DNA of 64,000 bases from Candidatus Altiarchaeota archaeon (GTDB lineage: Archaea > Altiarchaeota > Altiarchaeia > IMC4 > SCGC-AAA252-I15): the NCBI GenBank assembly GCA_043800255.1, contig JAZDNF010000013.1:96001-160000 (forward strand). The letters run 5' to 3'. Positions 18,938 through 29,586 of this stretch are shown here, one piece after another. Below the pieces are notes generated by a model. It was not told the DNA's origin, made no database searches, and saw only the letters and a list, made by a program, of their open reading frames with translations. Each line of letters opens with the position of its first letter. The stretch's first letter is position 1. The position numbers and the translations under genes were made by a program.

Positions 18938-19342
18938 TTGAGTATGGACGTCGAAAAGATCGAACACGGGGGTAAGCTATTTGCCATTATCCTCAGAAAT
19001 GGTTTTGAGATGGATGGTGTAAATTTTTTGACTCCGAAGGATAATCCCTTACAACTTGGTATTCTAAAACACAGAAAAGGCCATGAGATTAGACCCCACA
19101 TACACAAAGAAAACGAAAGAATTATAAAAGATACTCAGGAAATCTTGTATATCGTTAGAGGGAATGTAAGAGTCAACTTCTATGACGATGAAAAGTTTGA
19201 AAGCACTATATTGAATGAAGGAGATGTCATTTTACTTCTCCAAGGAGGGCATGGCTTCGAAATTCTGGAAGATTCAAAGATAATCGAAATAAAGCAAGGA
19301 CCCTATATGAGTCCAGATGTTGACAAGAAACCGTTAAGATGA
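18938..19342 (+). CDS. Cupin-fold protein (WbuC-like/sugar isomerase)
   Basis: PHIH...QEIL...GGHGFE...EIKQGPY. Confidence 0.7.
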   Translation: MSMDVEKIEHGGKLFAIILRNGFEMDGVNFLTPKDNPLQLGILKHRKGHEIRPHIHKENERIIKDTQEILYIVRGNVRVNFYDDEKFESTILNEGDVILLLQGGHGFEILEDSKIIEIKQGPYMSPDVDKKPLR

Positions 19343-20436
19343 TACATGTTTGTGAGCCTACCATAGGTGAAGAAGAACTAGCAAATGTTGTTGATTGTAT
19401 AAAAACAAACTGGATTTCGTCCAAAGGCAAATACATCGAGGAATTCGAAAATAAATTTAGCAAATACTGCGGTGTCAAACACGGCGTAACAACAACAAAC
19501 GGTACCACTGCACTACATCTGGCAATTTCATCTTTGGGGATAGGAAAAGGCGATGAGGTCATTATGCCTACATTCACCATGATAGCCACAGCATTTGCCG
19601 TTACATATACTGGTGCTAAGCCGGTATTTGTTGACTCTGAGCCAGAAACATGGAATGTAGATGTTGAAAAAATTGAAGAGATGATAACAAACAAGACTAA
19701 AGCTATAATGCCAGTTCACATATACGGCCACCCCTGCGATATGGACAGTATAAGCGATATCGCAGACGACAATGACCTCTATGTGGTAGAAGACGCTGCT
19801 GAAGCCCATGGCGCTGAATACAAGGGAAGGAAGGTTGGAGGATTGAGCGATATTGGATGCTTTAGTTTCTACGCTAACAAGATTATTACAACGGGGGAGG
19901 GGGGGATGGTAGTAACCAACGATGAGGAATTGGTAGAAAGAGCAAGGGAGCTGAGGGATTTAGCACACTCCAAGAAAAAACGCTTTCTTCATGAGCGGGT
20001 AGGATACAACTACAGAATGACAAATGTACAGGCAGCTATCGGGGTGGCTCAAATGGAAAAAATAGAAAAGTTTGTCAACGCACGAAGAAATAATGCGAAC
20101 CGCTATAACTCCCTTTTAATAGGTATTAATGGGATAACCTTGCCACCGGAGAAACCTTGGGCAAAGAACGTATACTGGATGTACTCAATCTTGATAGACA
20201 AAGAAAAGTTTGGCATTAGTAGAGACGAACTTATGATGAAACTAGAGGATAAAGGAGTAGGTACCAGGGCTTTTTTTGTGCCAATGCATAAACAACCGGT
20301 ATATGATAAGGCAAAGGGTCAATTTCCAGTCTCTGAGCGTCTTGCAGAAAATGGCCTCTATTTACCATCTAGTTCTAAGTTAACTGAGAAAGAGATAAGA
20401 TGGGTATGTGATGCTATCTCGTCTCTAAGCAGGTAA
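19339..20436 (+). CDS. DegT/DnrJ aminotransferase, GDP-perosamine synthase-like
   Basis: EDAAEAHG, FSFYANKIITTGEGG; two genes downstream of gmd. Confidence 0.85.
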   Translation: MIHVCEPTIGEEELANVVDCIKTNWISSKGKYIEEFENKFSKYCGVKHGVTTTNGTTALHLAISSLGIGKGDEVIMPTFTMIATAFAVTYTGAKPVFVDSEPETWNVDVEKIEEMITNKTKAIMPVHIYGHPCDMDSISDIADDNDLYVVEDAAEAHGAEYKGRKVGGLSDIGCFSFYANKIITTGEGGMVVTNDEELVERARELRDLAHSKKKRFLHERVGYNYRMTNVQAAIGVAQMEKIEKFVNARRNNANRYNSLLIGINGITLPPEKPWAKNVYWMYSILIDKEKFGISRDELMMKLEDKGVGTRAFFVPMHKQPVYDKAKGQFPVSERLAENGLYLPSSSKLTEKEIRWVCDAISSLSR

Positions 20437-20450
20437 TTTGTAGGGATAAT

Positions 20451-21425
20451 ATGGGTGGCAATAAGAAAAAAATTGGTTGGATACAGAGCACTATGATAGC
20501 CTCAGGCGGCTTGGTCCATGATAAGAAAGTTATGGATATCCTATCACGGGAATTTGATTTAGAGGTCGTAGATGCTAGCATAAAAAACTACAAAAATTAC
20601 ATGTTTCCGAGAGTTATTTACGGGTTATCAAAAATCCAAGGAAAAAAGGATTTGTGGATTAGAGGATTTGAGGGAACCATATCGATGCCATTCGACAAGA
20701 CACACGGAAAAAATTTGGTATTAGTATATCACATAGATCGCTCTACCAGACCACTGTATGTGAGACCATTCTACTACATTATGGAAAAAATATTTTATAG
20801 AAATCTAAAGAAAGTTGAGGTGGTAGTAACTATATGTAAGGAATTTTACAACCAGTTCGGAGAGAAGGGCTTGAAGGATGTCAGGATAGTATACCCGGGT
20901 TACGATATCTCACAATTCAAATTTACTGATGATGAAGTGCAAGAATTTAAAAAGAGGTATGGTCTCTTGGAAAAACCTATAATCTACATAGGAAACTGCC
21001 AAAAGGCAAAAGGCGTGGTTGAATCATATGACGCGCTAAGATATATGGATGTTCATTTGGTTACTAGCGGGGATGAACGTGTGAGAATACCTGCACGCAA
21101 CCTGAATCTAAGCTACAGGGATTATCTATTGCTGCTTAGGGCATCATCGGTTGTAGTGGTGATGTCAAAGTTCTTGGAGGGTTGGCTGCTGACGGCACAT
21201 GAAGCAATGCTCTGCAAAACACCGGTTGTTGGTTCTCCGGGTTTGAGAGCGATACTTGAGGATGGCGGGCAGATAGTATGCGATGACTTTTCTAAACTTA
21301 GGCAGAATGTGGAATACCTTATGAAACATCCAGAAGTCGGTGAACGAGGATACGATTATGTCAAACAGTTCACTGATGAAAGATTTGAAAAGGAGTGGTT
21401 AGGACTTGTTAGAGAAGTTATATAA
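20451..21425 (+). CDS. GT4 glycosyltransferase
   Basis: EGWLLTAHEAM (Ex7E), GT-B pattern. Confidence 0.75.
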   Translation: MGGNKKKIGWIQSTMIASGGLVHDKKVMDILSREFDLEVVDASIKNYKNYMFPRVIYGLSKIQGKKDLWIRGFEGTISMPFDKTHGKNLVLVYHIDRSTRPLYVRPFYYIMEKIFYRNLKKVEVVVTICKEFYNQFGEKGLKDVRIVYPGYDISQFKFTDDEVQEFKKRYGLLEKPIIYIGNCQKAKGVVESYDALRYMDVHLVTSGDERVRIPARNLNLSYRDYLLLLRASSVVVVMSKFLEGWLLTAHEAMLCKTPVVGSPGLRAILEDGGQIVCDDFSKLRQNVEYLMKHPEVGERGYDYVKQFTDERFEKEWLGLVREVI

Positions 21426-21426
21426 G

Positions 21427-22605
21427 ATGAGAAAGTTGAACATTTTCATAATCTGGGGTAATTTTCCACCGGTGATTGGAGGAGGTTCCTCAAGAGGTTA
21501 TCGGGTTTTTAAAGAGCTAGCTAACAGAGGCCATAAAATAAATGTTTTTGTTGGGAAAATACCGGGTACACCATCCCATGAACGATTATCAAAAAACTTG
21601 GAGCTTTATAGAGTACCCCCCTCGTTCCATTATCCACTTAGGAAAGGTGTGTATGTTAGGATATTGAATCATTTCGTAATTCTGATCAGGTATCTGGCAT
21701 TATTTCCTCTATTAGTCTACTTACATCTAAGAGAACCGGCAAATCTGATGATTGTAGAAGCCACCAACTGGGAATTTAGCCCAAAAATTATGAAATTTCT
21801 AAAGATTAATACATTGATGATATCACCGTGGGTCATGTTTAAAAAGATATTTAGACTATCTGTGTTTGTTTATTTCACAAACATGTGGTATGCAAATGAG
21901 ATTCAGATTAAAGGGGAAGTAGATTACGCTGAAAGGATACTTATTGTGGATTCGTGGATGGAGAAAAGACTAGTTGAACTGGGAGTTAAGAAAGAGATAT
22001 TTTATGTCCCTGTTTGTATTGATAGCAACAAAAATAGGATTACGCCCGATAACAACATCGTGTTGTATGTGGGACGGCTTAGTAAGGAAAGGGGATGCGA
22101 TGTCTTGATAAAATCGATACCATACATCAAAGAAAAGATTAAAGATGTTGAGGTCGTGTTGGTGGGAGGGGGTGCGGAAAGAGAAAACTTAATGAAGCTT
22201 GCAGAAGATCTGGATGTAACTGAGAATTTAAAGTTCGTCCGAGAAGTTGATTCCCGCAAAATTGATTCTGTATACGCTTCCGTAAAACCAAAAGTACTTG
22301 TAAATCCTCTGAGATTGCCAGGGATAGGCAACACTACGATAGAAGCGTTGGCATATGGAATCCCAGTTATAAAATCAAAAATACCAGGATACGATGAACC
22401 TGTAATCGAAGAAGGAAAAAATGGATATCTCTTTAAACTTGATGACCCGGAAAATCTTGCGGAAAAGATAATTGCCACACTTAGAAACACTGGGAACTGG
22501 AGGGCACTCTCTGATAACGCATTAAAGACTAGTAAAGAGTTCGAACTTGAAAGGATTGTAGACAGGTTAGAACAAATCCTCCTAAGAGACTTTAATAGCC
22601 CATAG
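21427..22605 (+). CDS. GT4 glycosyltransferase
   Basis: FPPVIGG, YVGRLSKERG, IEALAYGIPVI. Confidence 0.82.
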   Translation: MRKLNIFIIWGNFPPVIGGGSSRGYRVFKELANRGHKINVFVGKIPGTPSHERLSKNLELYRVPPSFHYPLRKGVYVRILNHFVILIRYLALFPLLVYLHLREPANLMIVEATNWEFSPKIMKFLKINTLMISPWVMFKKIFRLSVFVYFTNMWYANEIQIKGEVDYAERILIVDSWMEKRLVELGVKKEIFYVPVCIDSNKNRITPDNNIVLYVGRLSKERGCDVLIKSIPYIKEKIKDVEVVLVGGGAERENLMKLAEDLDVTENLKFVREVDSRKIDSVYASVKPKVLVNPLRLPGIGNTTIEALAYGIPVIKSKIPGYDEPVIEEGKNGYLFKLDDPENLAEKIIATLRNTGNWRALSDNALKTSKEFELERIVDRLEQILLRDFNSP

Positions 22606-22629
22606 TTTTATTAATAAAGACTAAAAAAT

Positions 22630-24000
22630 ATGAACATTCTGATATTCCAGCCCCCTAAGGTTGACGGTATGTACGCCATACGGGAGGAATTTTGCCATGG
22701 TAAAACAGACCTTAAGGTAAATCCGTATGATATCGCAATACTCTCTTCGGTGTTCAAGGAGAACAATTTCAGGACACAGTTATATGATTGCCAAGGATTA
22801 GACTGGGGTGAAGAAGAACTTTTCAGTAAGATATCCAATTTTCAACCTGATTGGATTATAAGCCAGACATCGTTTGCATCATTTGGCGAAGACAACAGAT
22901 TATTCAACAAGATAAAGAAAACATTTGGAACAAAGGTTATATGCAACTTCAATCCGCCGCTTACAAAAGGAATGGCGGAGATATTTTTTAGTCATTCCGA
23001 TGTCGATTATGTCACAATAGATGAGCCGTATTACTCACCTTTTGAACTGGTACTCAAAGACAAAAAGGATGGATTTGCATATAAAAAAGAGGGGGAAGTA
23101 GTCTACAATCGTAAAAAAAATCTTATGGAAATTAGCAGACTACCGATTCCAGACTATTTATCACTTCCGATGCACGTCTACGACAAGGTGTTCATCAATA
23201 GCATTCGCGATTGCCCTTTTCCATGCACCTTCTGCACGCAGTACTCGACCAAGAGGTTTAAAAAACGCGGCTACTATTCTGCAGAGCGCTTATTTAATGA
23301 GGTGGACATCATCAGGAAAAAATTCGATAAAAAACTTCTTTTAATTGCGGACTCAAACCCATTCTTGGATAAAGAGAGACTTCAACGATTCTGTGAACTT
23401 GTGATAGGAGCGAACTTAGATATTAAATGGGAGTGTAATGGACGTGTTGGTATGGTAGATCCTTTTCTCGTTCAACTTCTGAAAAAAGCGGGTTGCACGG
23501 ATATCGTTCTCGGCATAGAGTCTGGCTCAGATAAGATGCTGGATAGCATGAAGAAGGGTATTACCTCAGAGGAAGCTATAAAAACCGTCAATCTATTAAA
23601 AAATAGTAATATGTCAGTAGCATATCACATAGTCATAGGGTTCCCTGGGGAGACAAAGGAGACCATTAACGAGACAATAGAGTTCATAAATAAAACAAAG
23701 CCAGATAATTTTTCGGTCAATATTGCAACACCTTTTCCTGGAACGGAATTTTTCGATTACTGCATAAAAAGTGGATTGTGCTCGGAAAAAGAATTCTTTG
23801 ATAAAAAATTCGACCACCGAACAACGCCGTTAATCAAAAGTGATTTGAACCTCAACGGAGAAAAACAGAGGATAACTAGAACTTTGAAATTTAAGCCATG
23901 GTATATCAAAAATAAGTTATTGAGATGGATTAGGGGGGATTATCCGTATAGATTATCGAACCTTATTGAATCAGGGATAGACATCCTAAAGGGCCAGTAG
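22630..24000 (+). CDS. B12-binding domain radical SAM protein
   Basis: CPFPCTFC, GIESGS, GFPGET, TPFPGT. Confidence 0.85.
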   Translation: MNILIFQPPKVDGMYAIREEFCHGKTDLKVNPYDIAILSSVFKENNFRTQLYDCQGLDWGEEELFSKISNFQPDWIISQTSFASFGEDNRLFNKIKKTFGTKVICNFNPPLTKGMAEIFFSHSDVDYVTIDEPYYSPFELVLKDKKDGFAYKKEGEVVYNRKKNLMEISRLPIPDYLSLPMHVYDKVFINSIRDCPFPCTFCTQYSTKRFKKRGYYSAERLFNEVDIIRKKFDKKLLLIADSNPFLDKERLQRFCELVIGANLDIKWECNGRVGMVDPFLVQLLKKAGCTDIVLGIESGSDKMLDSMKKGITSEEAIKTVNLLKNSNMSVAYHIVIGFPGETKETINETIEFINKTKPDNFSVNIATPFPGTEFFDYCIKSGLCSEKEFFDKKFDHRTTPLIKSDLNLNGEKQRITRTLKFKPWYIKNKLLRWIRGDYPYRLSNLIESGIDILKGQ

Positions 24001-24017
24001 TTGTAAATCGAACGTAA

Positions 24018-25031
24018 ATGAAAAGAAAAAAGATTTTGTTTGTTAGAACATCGGCCGATGTAAATGCGCCTTTTGTTCAGAATGATATTGACTTATTGAG
24101 AAAGCATTTTGATATAAGAATCGTTGATTTTATTTTTACAAAAAAAAATCTAAAAGGGACTCTAGAGGGTATAGTAACCTTGATTGCAGGGGTTTTTTGG
24201 TCAGACTTAACGTTCTCTTGGTTTGCCAGTACTCATGCGTATATGGCTATTTGGTTGTCGAAATTGTTCAGGAAGAAAGCCGTTGTAGTGGTTGGTGGGC
24301 TCGAAGTGGCAAAAATACCAGACATAAATTACGGCTTTTTGTTAAACCCTAAATCTGCTCGTATGGTGAAATTCATATTGGAGAATGCAGACCGGGTGTT
24401 AACAGTTGATGACGGATTAAAAATAGACGCTATCAAAAATGTCGGCGTAAATGGGAGTAGTATTCAAACAGTGGCTCTAGGATTTAATCATGAAAAGTTT
24501 AAACCGGGTGACGAGAAAGGAAAGTTGGTGATAACGGTTTCCAAATGTGAAAATTGGGGGACGGTTAGATTGAAGGGGTTGGACACTTTTGTAGAATCGG
24601 CGAAATTCCTACCTAAAGTGAGATTCGTAGTGATTGGAATTGAAGGGGATGCCTTAACAAAACTGAAGAATATTGCTCCGCCGAATGTTGAATTAATTGG
24701 TTACATAAATCAAAAAAGACTAGGGGATTATTACCAAAAAGCAAAGGTTTATTGTCAGCTTTCGTTGCGTGAGGCATTTGGATGTTCTTTAGGTGAGGCA
24801 ATGCTTTGTGGGTGCGTGCCTGTTGGCACAAACGCACAGGGGGTAAAAACGTTGATAGGCGATACAGGCTTTTATGTTCCTTACGATAATCCAAAAGTGA
24901 CTGCAGATGCAATAGAAAAGGCATTATATTCAGAAAAAGGAAGGATTGCCAGGAATAGGATTAAGGTAAAATTTACTCTTGAGAGGAGAGAAAAAGAGTT
25001 GATAACCGTAATTGATAATCTGTTGAAATAA
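24018..25031 (+). CDS. GT4 glycosyltransferase
   Basis: KGLD, EAFGCSLGEAM. Confidence 0.85.
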   Translation: MKRKKILFVRTSADVNAPFVQNDIDLLRKHFDIRIVDFIFTKKNLKGTLEGIVTLIAGVFWSDLTFSWFASTHAYMAIWLSKLFRKKAVVVVGGLEVAKIPDINYGFLLNPKSARMVKFILENADRVLTVDDGLKIDAIKNVGVNGSSIQTVALGFNHEKFKPGDEKGKLVITVSKCENWGTVRLKGLDTFVESAKFLPKVRFVVIGIEGDALTKLKNIAPPNVELIGYINQKRLGDYYQKAKVYCQLSLREAFGCSLGEAMLCGCVPVGTNAQGVKTLIGDTGFYVPYDNPKVTADAIEKALYSEKGRIARNRIKVKFTLERREKELITVIDNLLK

Positions 25032-25053
25032 CTCGAACACAGGTTATGATTTT

Positions 25054-25986
25054 TCAGCTGAATAATCGCGTTTTAATTGATTTTAGTCTGTTATAATCGA
25101 ATTTAAACAGAGTCCAGAGATAAAATGTCCACAGTATATTTACTAACCGGTAGTGTCTGATACTGTAAGCAAGATATTTTTTCAGATCACCATATGCTTC
25201 CGATTTATCTGATTTTTTCCAATGATATTTTGCAGACATTGGATATAGGCTATGCGCTATATCATCAAGTTTAGTCTTGTTGGATACTAGCGGATCACTG
25301 ACGATAGAGAATAGAACATTCTGCCTAATTTTTCCAAAATTTATCTCTCTGCTCATCATCCCTGAGTGCTCTCTATACATAGCCAGAGGTTCTGCTATAT
25401 AACCTATTTTGTAGTGTAATGATGCTCTTAGTAAAAATTCATAATCCTCCGCAGGTCGTATGTGATGTCTTTCGTTAAAAAATCCAACAGTATCAATGAC
25501 CTTACGTCTCATGAAAACTGTAAGGACAGGGATGAAATCACCCTCCAAGAGGCTCTCAAAAAGTTCTCCTTCTTGGGAATGTGTTTTTCCCAGGATCACA
25601 CCCTTTTGATTCTCATTCTCATCGATTATCCATGCGTTTGAATAAACTAGACCGTACTCTGGATGTCTTTTGAGATATGCGAGTTGTTTTTCTAGTTTTT
25701 CAGGCATCCATAGATCATCAGAGTCACAAAATGCAATATAGTCGCCTTCGGCCTTTTTCATGCCATAGTTTAAATTTATTGCAAGTATGCCATTATTGGC
25801 ATTTTTGAAGTATCTAATTCTTTTGTCAGCAAAAGATTTCACAACGGACTCAGTATCATCAGTTGAGAAATTGTCAACAATTATCAACTCAAAATCTCTA
25901 AAAGTCTGAGTCAATATTGAATCTATCATTTTCTTCAACAGCTTTGATCGGTTATAGGTTATCGTAATGATACTTGCCTTCACCAT
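25054..25986 (-). CDS. GT2 glycosyltransferase
   Basis: TYNR, VDNFSTD, CDSDD, EDYE. Confidence 0.9.
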   Translation of the reverse strand: MVKASIITITYNRSKLLKKMIDSILTQTFRDFELIIVDNFSTDDTESVVKSFADKRIRYFKNANNGILAINLNYGMKKAEGDYIAFCDSDDLWMPEKLEKQLAYLKRHPEYGLVYSNAWIIDENENQKGVILGKTHSQEGELFESLLEGDFIPVLTVFMRRKVIDTVGFFNERHHIRPAEDYEFLLRASLHYKIGYIAEPLAMYREHSGMMSREINFGKIRQNVLFSIVSDPLVSNKTKLDDIAHSLYPMSAKYHWKKSDKSEAYGDLKKYLAYSIRHYRLVNILWTFYLWTLFKFDYNRLKSIKTRLFS

Positions 25987-26008
25987 TTTCCGTCATTAGA
26001 ACTTTAAC

Positions 26009-26812
26009 TCAGCACTCGCATATTGCAACATATTTATAAGGTTCAACAGAAGTCTCTCGAATCAAATTCACGCCAGCTTCTTTATAAAGCCTTCTAAGCT
26101 CACTATGACTTCTGGCATAACCATGAAATTTTCCTCCGTAACTGGAGCCTACTGGCTTGATTTTATTTAGGATACCCTTGGTTATTGGGATTTTTCGGAG
26201 TCTGCTAACGATGGAAGATCTAATATCTCTGATGAACATCTTCGGGAGGTCACTAGTTGGGATATAACCAGCATAGAAATCGATAATCTGCCTCACGCCT
26301 GTCCTCTTAAGTCCTCTAAACAAGTTTATGAATTGCACATCATCCATAACATATGCAGACCCAAAGAACACTGCAACGTCAAAATCAACGCCAGATTTTT
26401 TCTGCAACTCGGTAATATCATCATTGAAGAAATCAAATTTCAAGGGAATAATCGATGGAAAGTGTAATTTAGCCTTTTCGATATAGAATGAGTTAAAATC
26501 TGCCGCAATGACTTTAGAATCCTCAGGAAGTGCGCACTTTAGAAGGTATTCAAGAACGCAGGGTCCAGCCCCAAGGGATAGGATATTTTTGAATCTCTCA
26601 TCGTTTAAATGCTGTATCAGAAAACCTAATGCGGGAAGCTTTATTGCATTTTGAGAAAGGTACCAGCGTAAGAGCGACTCTCTTGTTTTGAATTCTTTGC
26701 TCTGTTCTTGTTTGGTAATCCATGACAACTCTTCGGAGGTGAATCGTTCCGTACTGTCAATTTTCTTAAGCAATTCAAGGTTGTGTGATTTTGTATATTG
26801 TTTGTATTTCAT
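26009..26812 (-). CDS. Putative class I SAM-dependent methyltransferase
   Basis: ILSLGAGPC and VIAADF motifs. Confidence 0.55.
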   Translation of the reverse strand: MKYKQYTKSHNLELLKKIDSTERFTSEELSWITKQEQSKEFKTRESLLRWYLSQNAIKLPALGFLIQHLNDERFKNILSLGAGPCVLEYLLKCALPEDSKVIAADFNSFYIEKAKLHFPSIIPLKFDFFNDDITELQKKSGVDFDVAVFFGSAYVMDDVQFINLFRGLKRTGVRQIIDFYAGYIPTSDLPKMFIRDIRSSIVSRLRKIPITKGILNKIKPVGSSYGGKFHGYARSHSELRRLYKEAGVNLIRETSVEPYKYVAICEC

Positions 26813-26832
26813 GGCCGACAGAAAATAGGGAT

Positions 26833-27996
26833 CTAACTGTCACTTTTCAATACATCTTTCACGCTGTCTATGACATACTCTACATCATTCTCAGTCATTT
26901 TTGGGAAAAGTGGTAGAGTGATAATTCTATTGTATAGATCTTCTGCTGTGGGACAAATGCCCCTTTTGTACCTAAGATTCTGATAATAGGTGTGGTAATA
27001 CACAGGGACATAATGGACTGCTGCTGCAATATTATGTTTAGCTTTTAACTCATTGAACACCTGCTTCCTTGATTTCCCTATTTTTTCTGTGTTAAGCTTT
27101 AGAACGTATATATGCCAGGAGGATTTGCCGTCAGGCGACTGGTAGGGGATTGTCAATCCCTCAACGTTTTTGAACGCCTTATTATACATGTCCACATATT
27201 TTTTTCTGATTGAAAGGAATTTGTCCAGCTTTTTTAGTTGTGATATCCCCAATGCAGCCTGTAAATCATTAAACCGATAATTGTGGCCCAAATATTGCTG
27301 GTCGCTGACCCAGTCGCCGTCTTCGTCTCTCAACTTTAACTTTTTAGGATCTCTCGTTATCCCATGATTCCTAAATTGCGCCAGTTTTTCGTAAATTTCT
27401 CTGTCGTTTGTTGTAATCATCCCGCCCTCAAATGTATTTATCTGCTTCACAGGATGTGTGCTGAAAACATTCATAACAGATATGGAACCTATCATTCTGT
27501 CTTTATAAGTTGCGCCGACGGCGTGACAGGCATCCTCAATCACAGTCAGACCATGTTCTTCTGCGATCGCATTTATTGAGTCCATGTCAGCAGGCTGTCC
27601 AGTATAGTGTACAGGCATTATCGCTTTAGTTTTTTTTGTAATTTTCTCCCTGATATGTTCTGGATCGATGTTGTACGTATCTTCTTGAATGTCTGCAAAT
27701 ATCGGTGTACCACCACAGTATAGCACACAATTGGACGTTGCTGCAAAAGTCATTGGAGTTGTTATGACTTCATCACCTTTGCTTATCCCTGCTGCGAACG
27801 CACATGCATGCAACGCTGCCGTGCCGTTTATGAAAGCTACAGCATACTTCGCATCAACGTATTCTGCAAACTTTGTTTCATACTCCCTCACCGTCGGAAG
27901 GGCGCCTTTGAACCCCCTATTTAAAACCTCCATAACTCCGTTTATATCGTCATCGTCAATCCAAGGTTCCGCATAGAACAGCGTCTCTTTTCTCAT
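26833..27996 (-). CDS. DegT-family sugar aminotransferase, PseC-like
   Basis: EDACHAVG, FSTHPVK..TFEGG, RNHGITR, VHYVPVY. Confidence 0.85.
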   Translation of the reverse strand: MRKETLFYAEPWIDDDDINGVMEVLNRGFKGALPTVREYETKFAEYVDAKYAVAFINGTAALHACAFAAGISKGDEVITTPMTFAATSNCVLYCGGTPIFADIQEDTYNIDPEHIREKITKKTKAIMPVHYTGQPADMDSINAIAEEHGLTVIEDACHAVGATYKDRMIGSISVMNVFSTHPVKQINTFEGGMITTNDREIYEKLAQFRNHGITRDPKKLKLRDEDGDWVSDQQYLGHNYRFNDLQAALGISQLKKLDKFLSIRKKYVDMYNKAFKNVEGLTIPYQSPDGKSSWHIYVLKLNTEKIGKSRKQVFNELKAKHNIAAAVHYVPVYYHTYYQNLRYKRGICPTAEDLYNRIITLPLFPKMTENDVEYVIDSVKDVLKSDS

Positions 27997-28015
27997 TGTA
28001 AGTCCCCTCCATCAC

Positions 28016-28465
28016 TTATCTGTGCTTTAGACTCCAATCGTATTTGATATGACTTTTAAAAGGATCATATCTTATCATCTCATTAGGATCGTGCGGTTCT
28101 GTAGCACAATTAGCTACTATGGCAGGTTTAACTCCGATCGTCTTGTAACCGTTTACAACACCCGGGGGGATTTTTATCACTTCATACTTGTCTTCGCCGG
28201 TGAATATTTCCATGAGTTCACCATATGTCTTAGAATCTTTTCGTTCGTCGTACATGACCAGCTTAATCATACCCTGGATGACAGCATAGAACTGGGTTTG
28301 CCTTGTGTGTAGATGCCACCCTTTGATCACTCCAGGATATGCCATGGAAAAATATATCTCTCCGAATTTTTCAAATTCTGGGTCGTTAGCTTTTAGCATA
28401 TGCATTATCATACCCCTCTCATCAGGTATCTTCTTCTTCGGGATTACCTTAACATCGTCTATCAT
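28016..28465 (-). CDS. RmlC-like NDP-sugar 3,5-epimerase
   Basis: DERG, VIKGWHLH, IPPGV; paralog of 1902..2351. Confidence 0.82.
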   Translation of the reverse strand: MIDDVKVIPKKKIPDERGMIMHMLKANDPEFEKFGEIYFSMAYPGVIKGWHLHTRQTQFYAVIQGMIKLVMYDERKDSKTYGELMEIFTGEDKYEVIKIPPGVVNGYKTIGVKPAIVANCATEPHDPNEMIRYDPFKSHIKYDWSLKHR

Positions 28466-28481
28466 TTTTCATACCACCTCG

Positions 28482-29507
28482 TCATTTCACCCAGTACAAG
28501 TTTTCATCCAATTTGCCATTTTCTCTAAGGAACGTCAATTGTTTTAATCGGGTGTAGCACCTGCTTTGGAAATCTTCAAACGTTAGATTCGCTTTCCGGA
28601 ATCCGTCCAGCAACTCCAGCGTGCCTTTCTGTATGTCCCATGTTGGTTTGAAGGTCTTCAGTGTTTTGTTGATTTTATCAAATGATACATTGTATGTTCT
28701 TGAATCGGAACCATGTTCGTAAGTATATTCCACCTCGCATGACGGCAGTTGTTTTTTTATGACATTTGCAAGATCCCTGATCTGATAATTCTCCTTATTC
28801 TGCCCTACGTTAAAAGCCTGGTTGTGTATTAACTCTTGGGGTTCCTCTAACGCAGATAAAAACGCCTTAGAGATGTCCCCAATGTGGACTAACGGCCTCC
28901 AGGGCGTACCATCGCTCATTATTTTGATTTTTCCGGTGGTATAAGCCCATCCGCATAGGTTATTCAGAACCAAATCGAACCGCATTAGGGGGGACAACCC
29001 GTATGCGGTACTATTTCTCAAGAATACTGGTGAGAAGTCCTTTGTCGCTATTTTTTTCAGGTCAGTTTCTGAGTCTACTTTTGATTTAGCGTATGCTGTT
29101 ATTGGATTTTGAGGTGACTCCTCAGTTAAAGCTTTTTGGTCTGAGATACCGTAGAGACTGCATGATGACGAGTAGATGAACCGTTCGACGCCGTTTTTTA
29201 TTGCTAGTTTTGCCAGTTTAACAGTGGCTTTGTGATTTATCTCGTCTGTCAGTTTCGGATCTAAGCTGCCCATCGGATCATTCGATAGTGCCGCCAGGTG
29301 GCATATTGCATTAATACCTGCAATGTCTTTTTTCGACACATTTCGGATGTCTTTAGTGATTTGTCTTATCTCAAAACCGTCATGGAACAATTCACAGTCA
29401 GAGTAGTAGCCGCTATCGTATCCGATTACATCATATCCTTTTTCTACTAATAGTTTTGTCAGTATTTTGCCGATGTAACCGTTGTTTCCAGTAACTAGAA
29501 TGCTCAT
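28482..29507 (-). CDS. NAD-dependent sugar epimerase/dehydratase (extended SDR)
   Basis: TGNNGYIG, LAALSNDP, SSCSLYG, YAKSK. Confidence 0.85.
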   Translation of the reverse strand: MSILVTGNNGYIGKILTKLLVEKGYDVIGYDSGYYSDCELFHDGFEIRQITKDIRNVSKKDIAGINAICHLAALSNDPMGSLDPKLTDEINHKATVKLAKLAIKNGVERFIYSSSCSLYGISDQKALTEESPQNPITAYAKSKVDSETDLKKIATKDFSPVFLRNSTAYGLSPLMRFDLVLNNLCGWAYTTGKIKIMSDGTPWRPLVHIGDISKAFLSALEEPQELIHNQAFNVGQNKENYQIRDLANVIKKQLPSCEVEYTYEHGSDSRTYNVSFDKINKTLKTFKPTWDIQKGTLELLDGFRKANLTFEDFQSRCYTRLKQLTFLRENGKLDENLYWVK

Positions 29508-29586
29508 TTAAACCTCAACCAGATAGGATGCTTAAACGGATAAGATAACTATTGGAATATTGCTTTTATATATGTAACTAGAACGC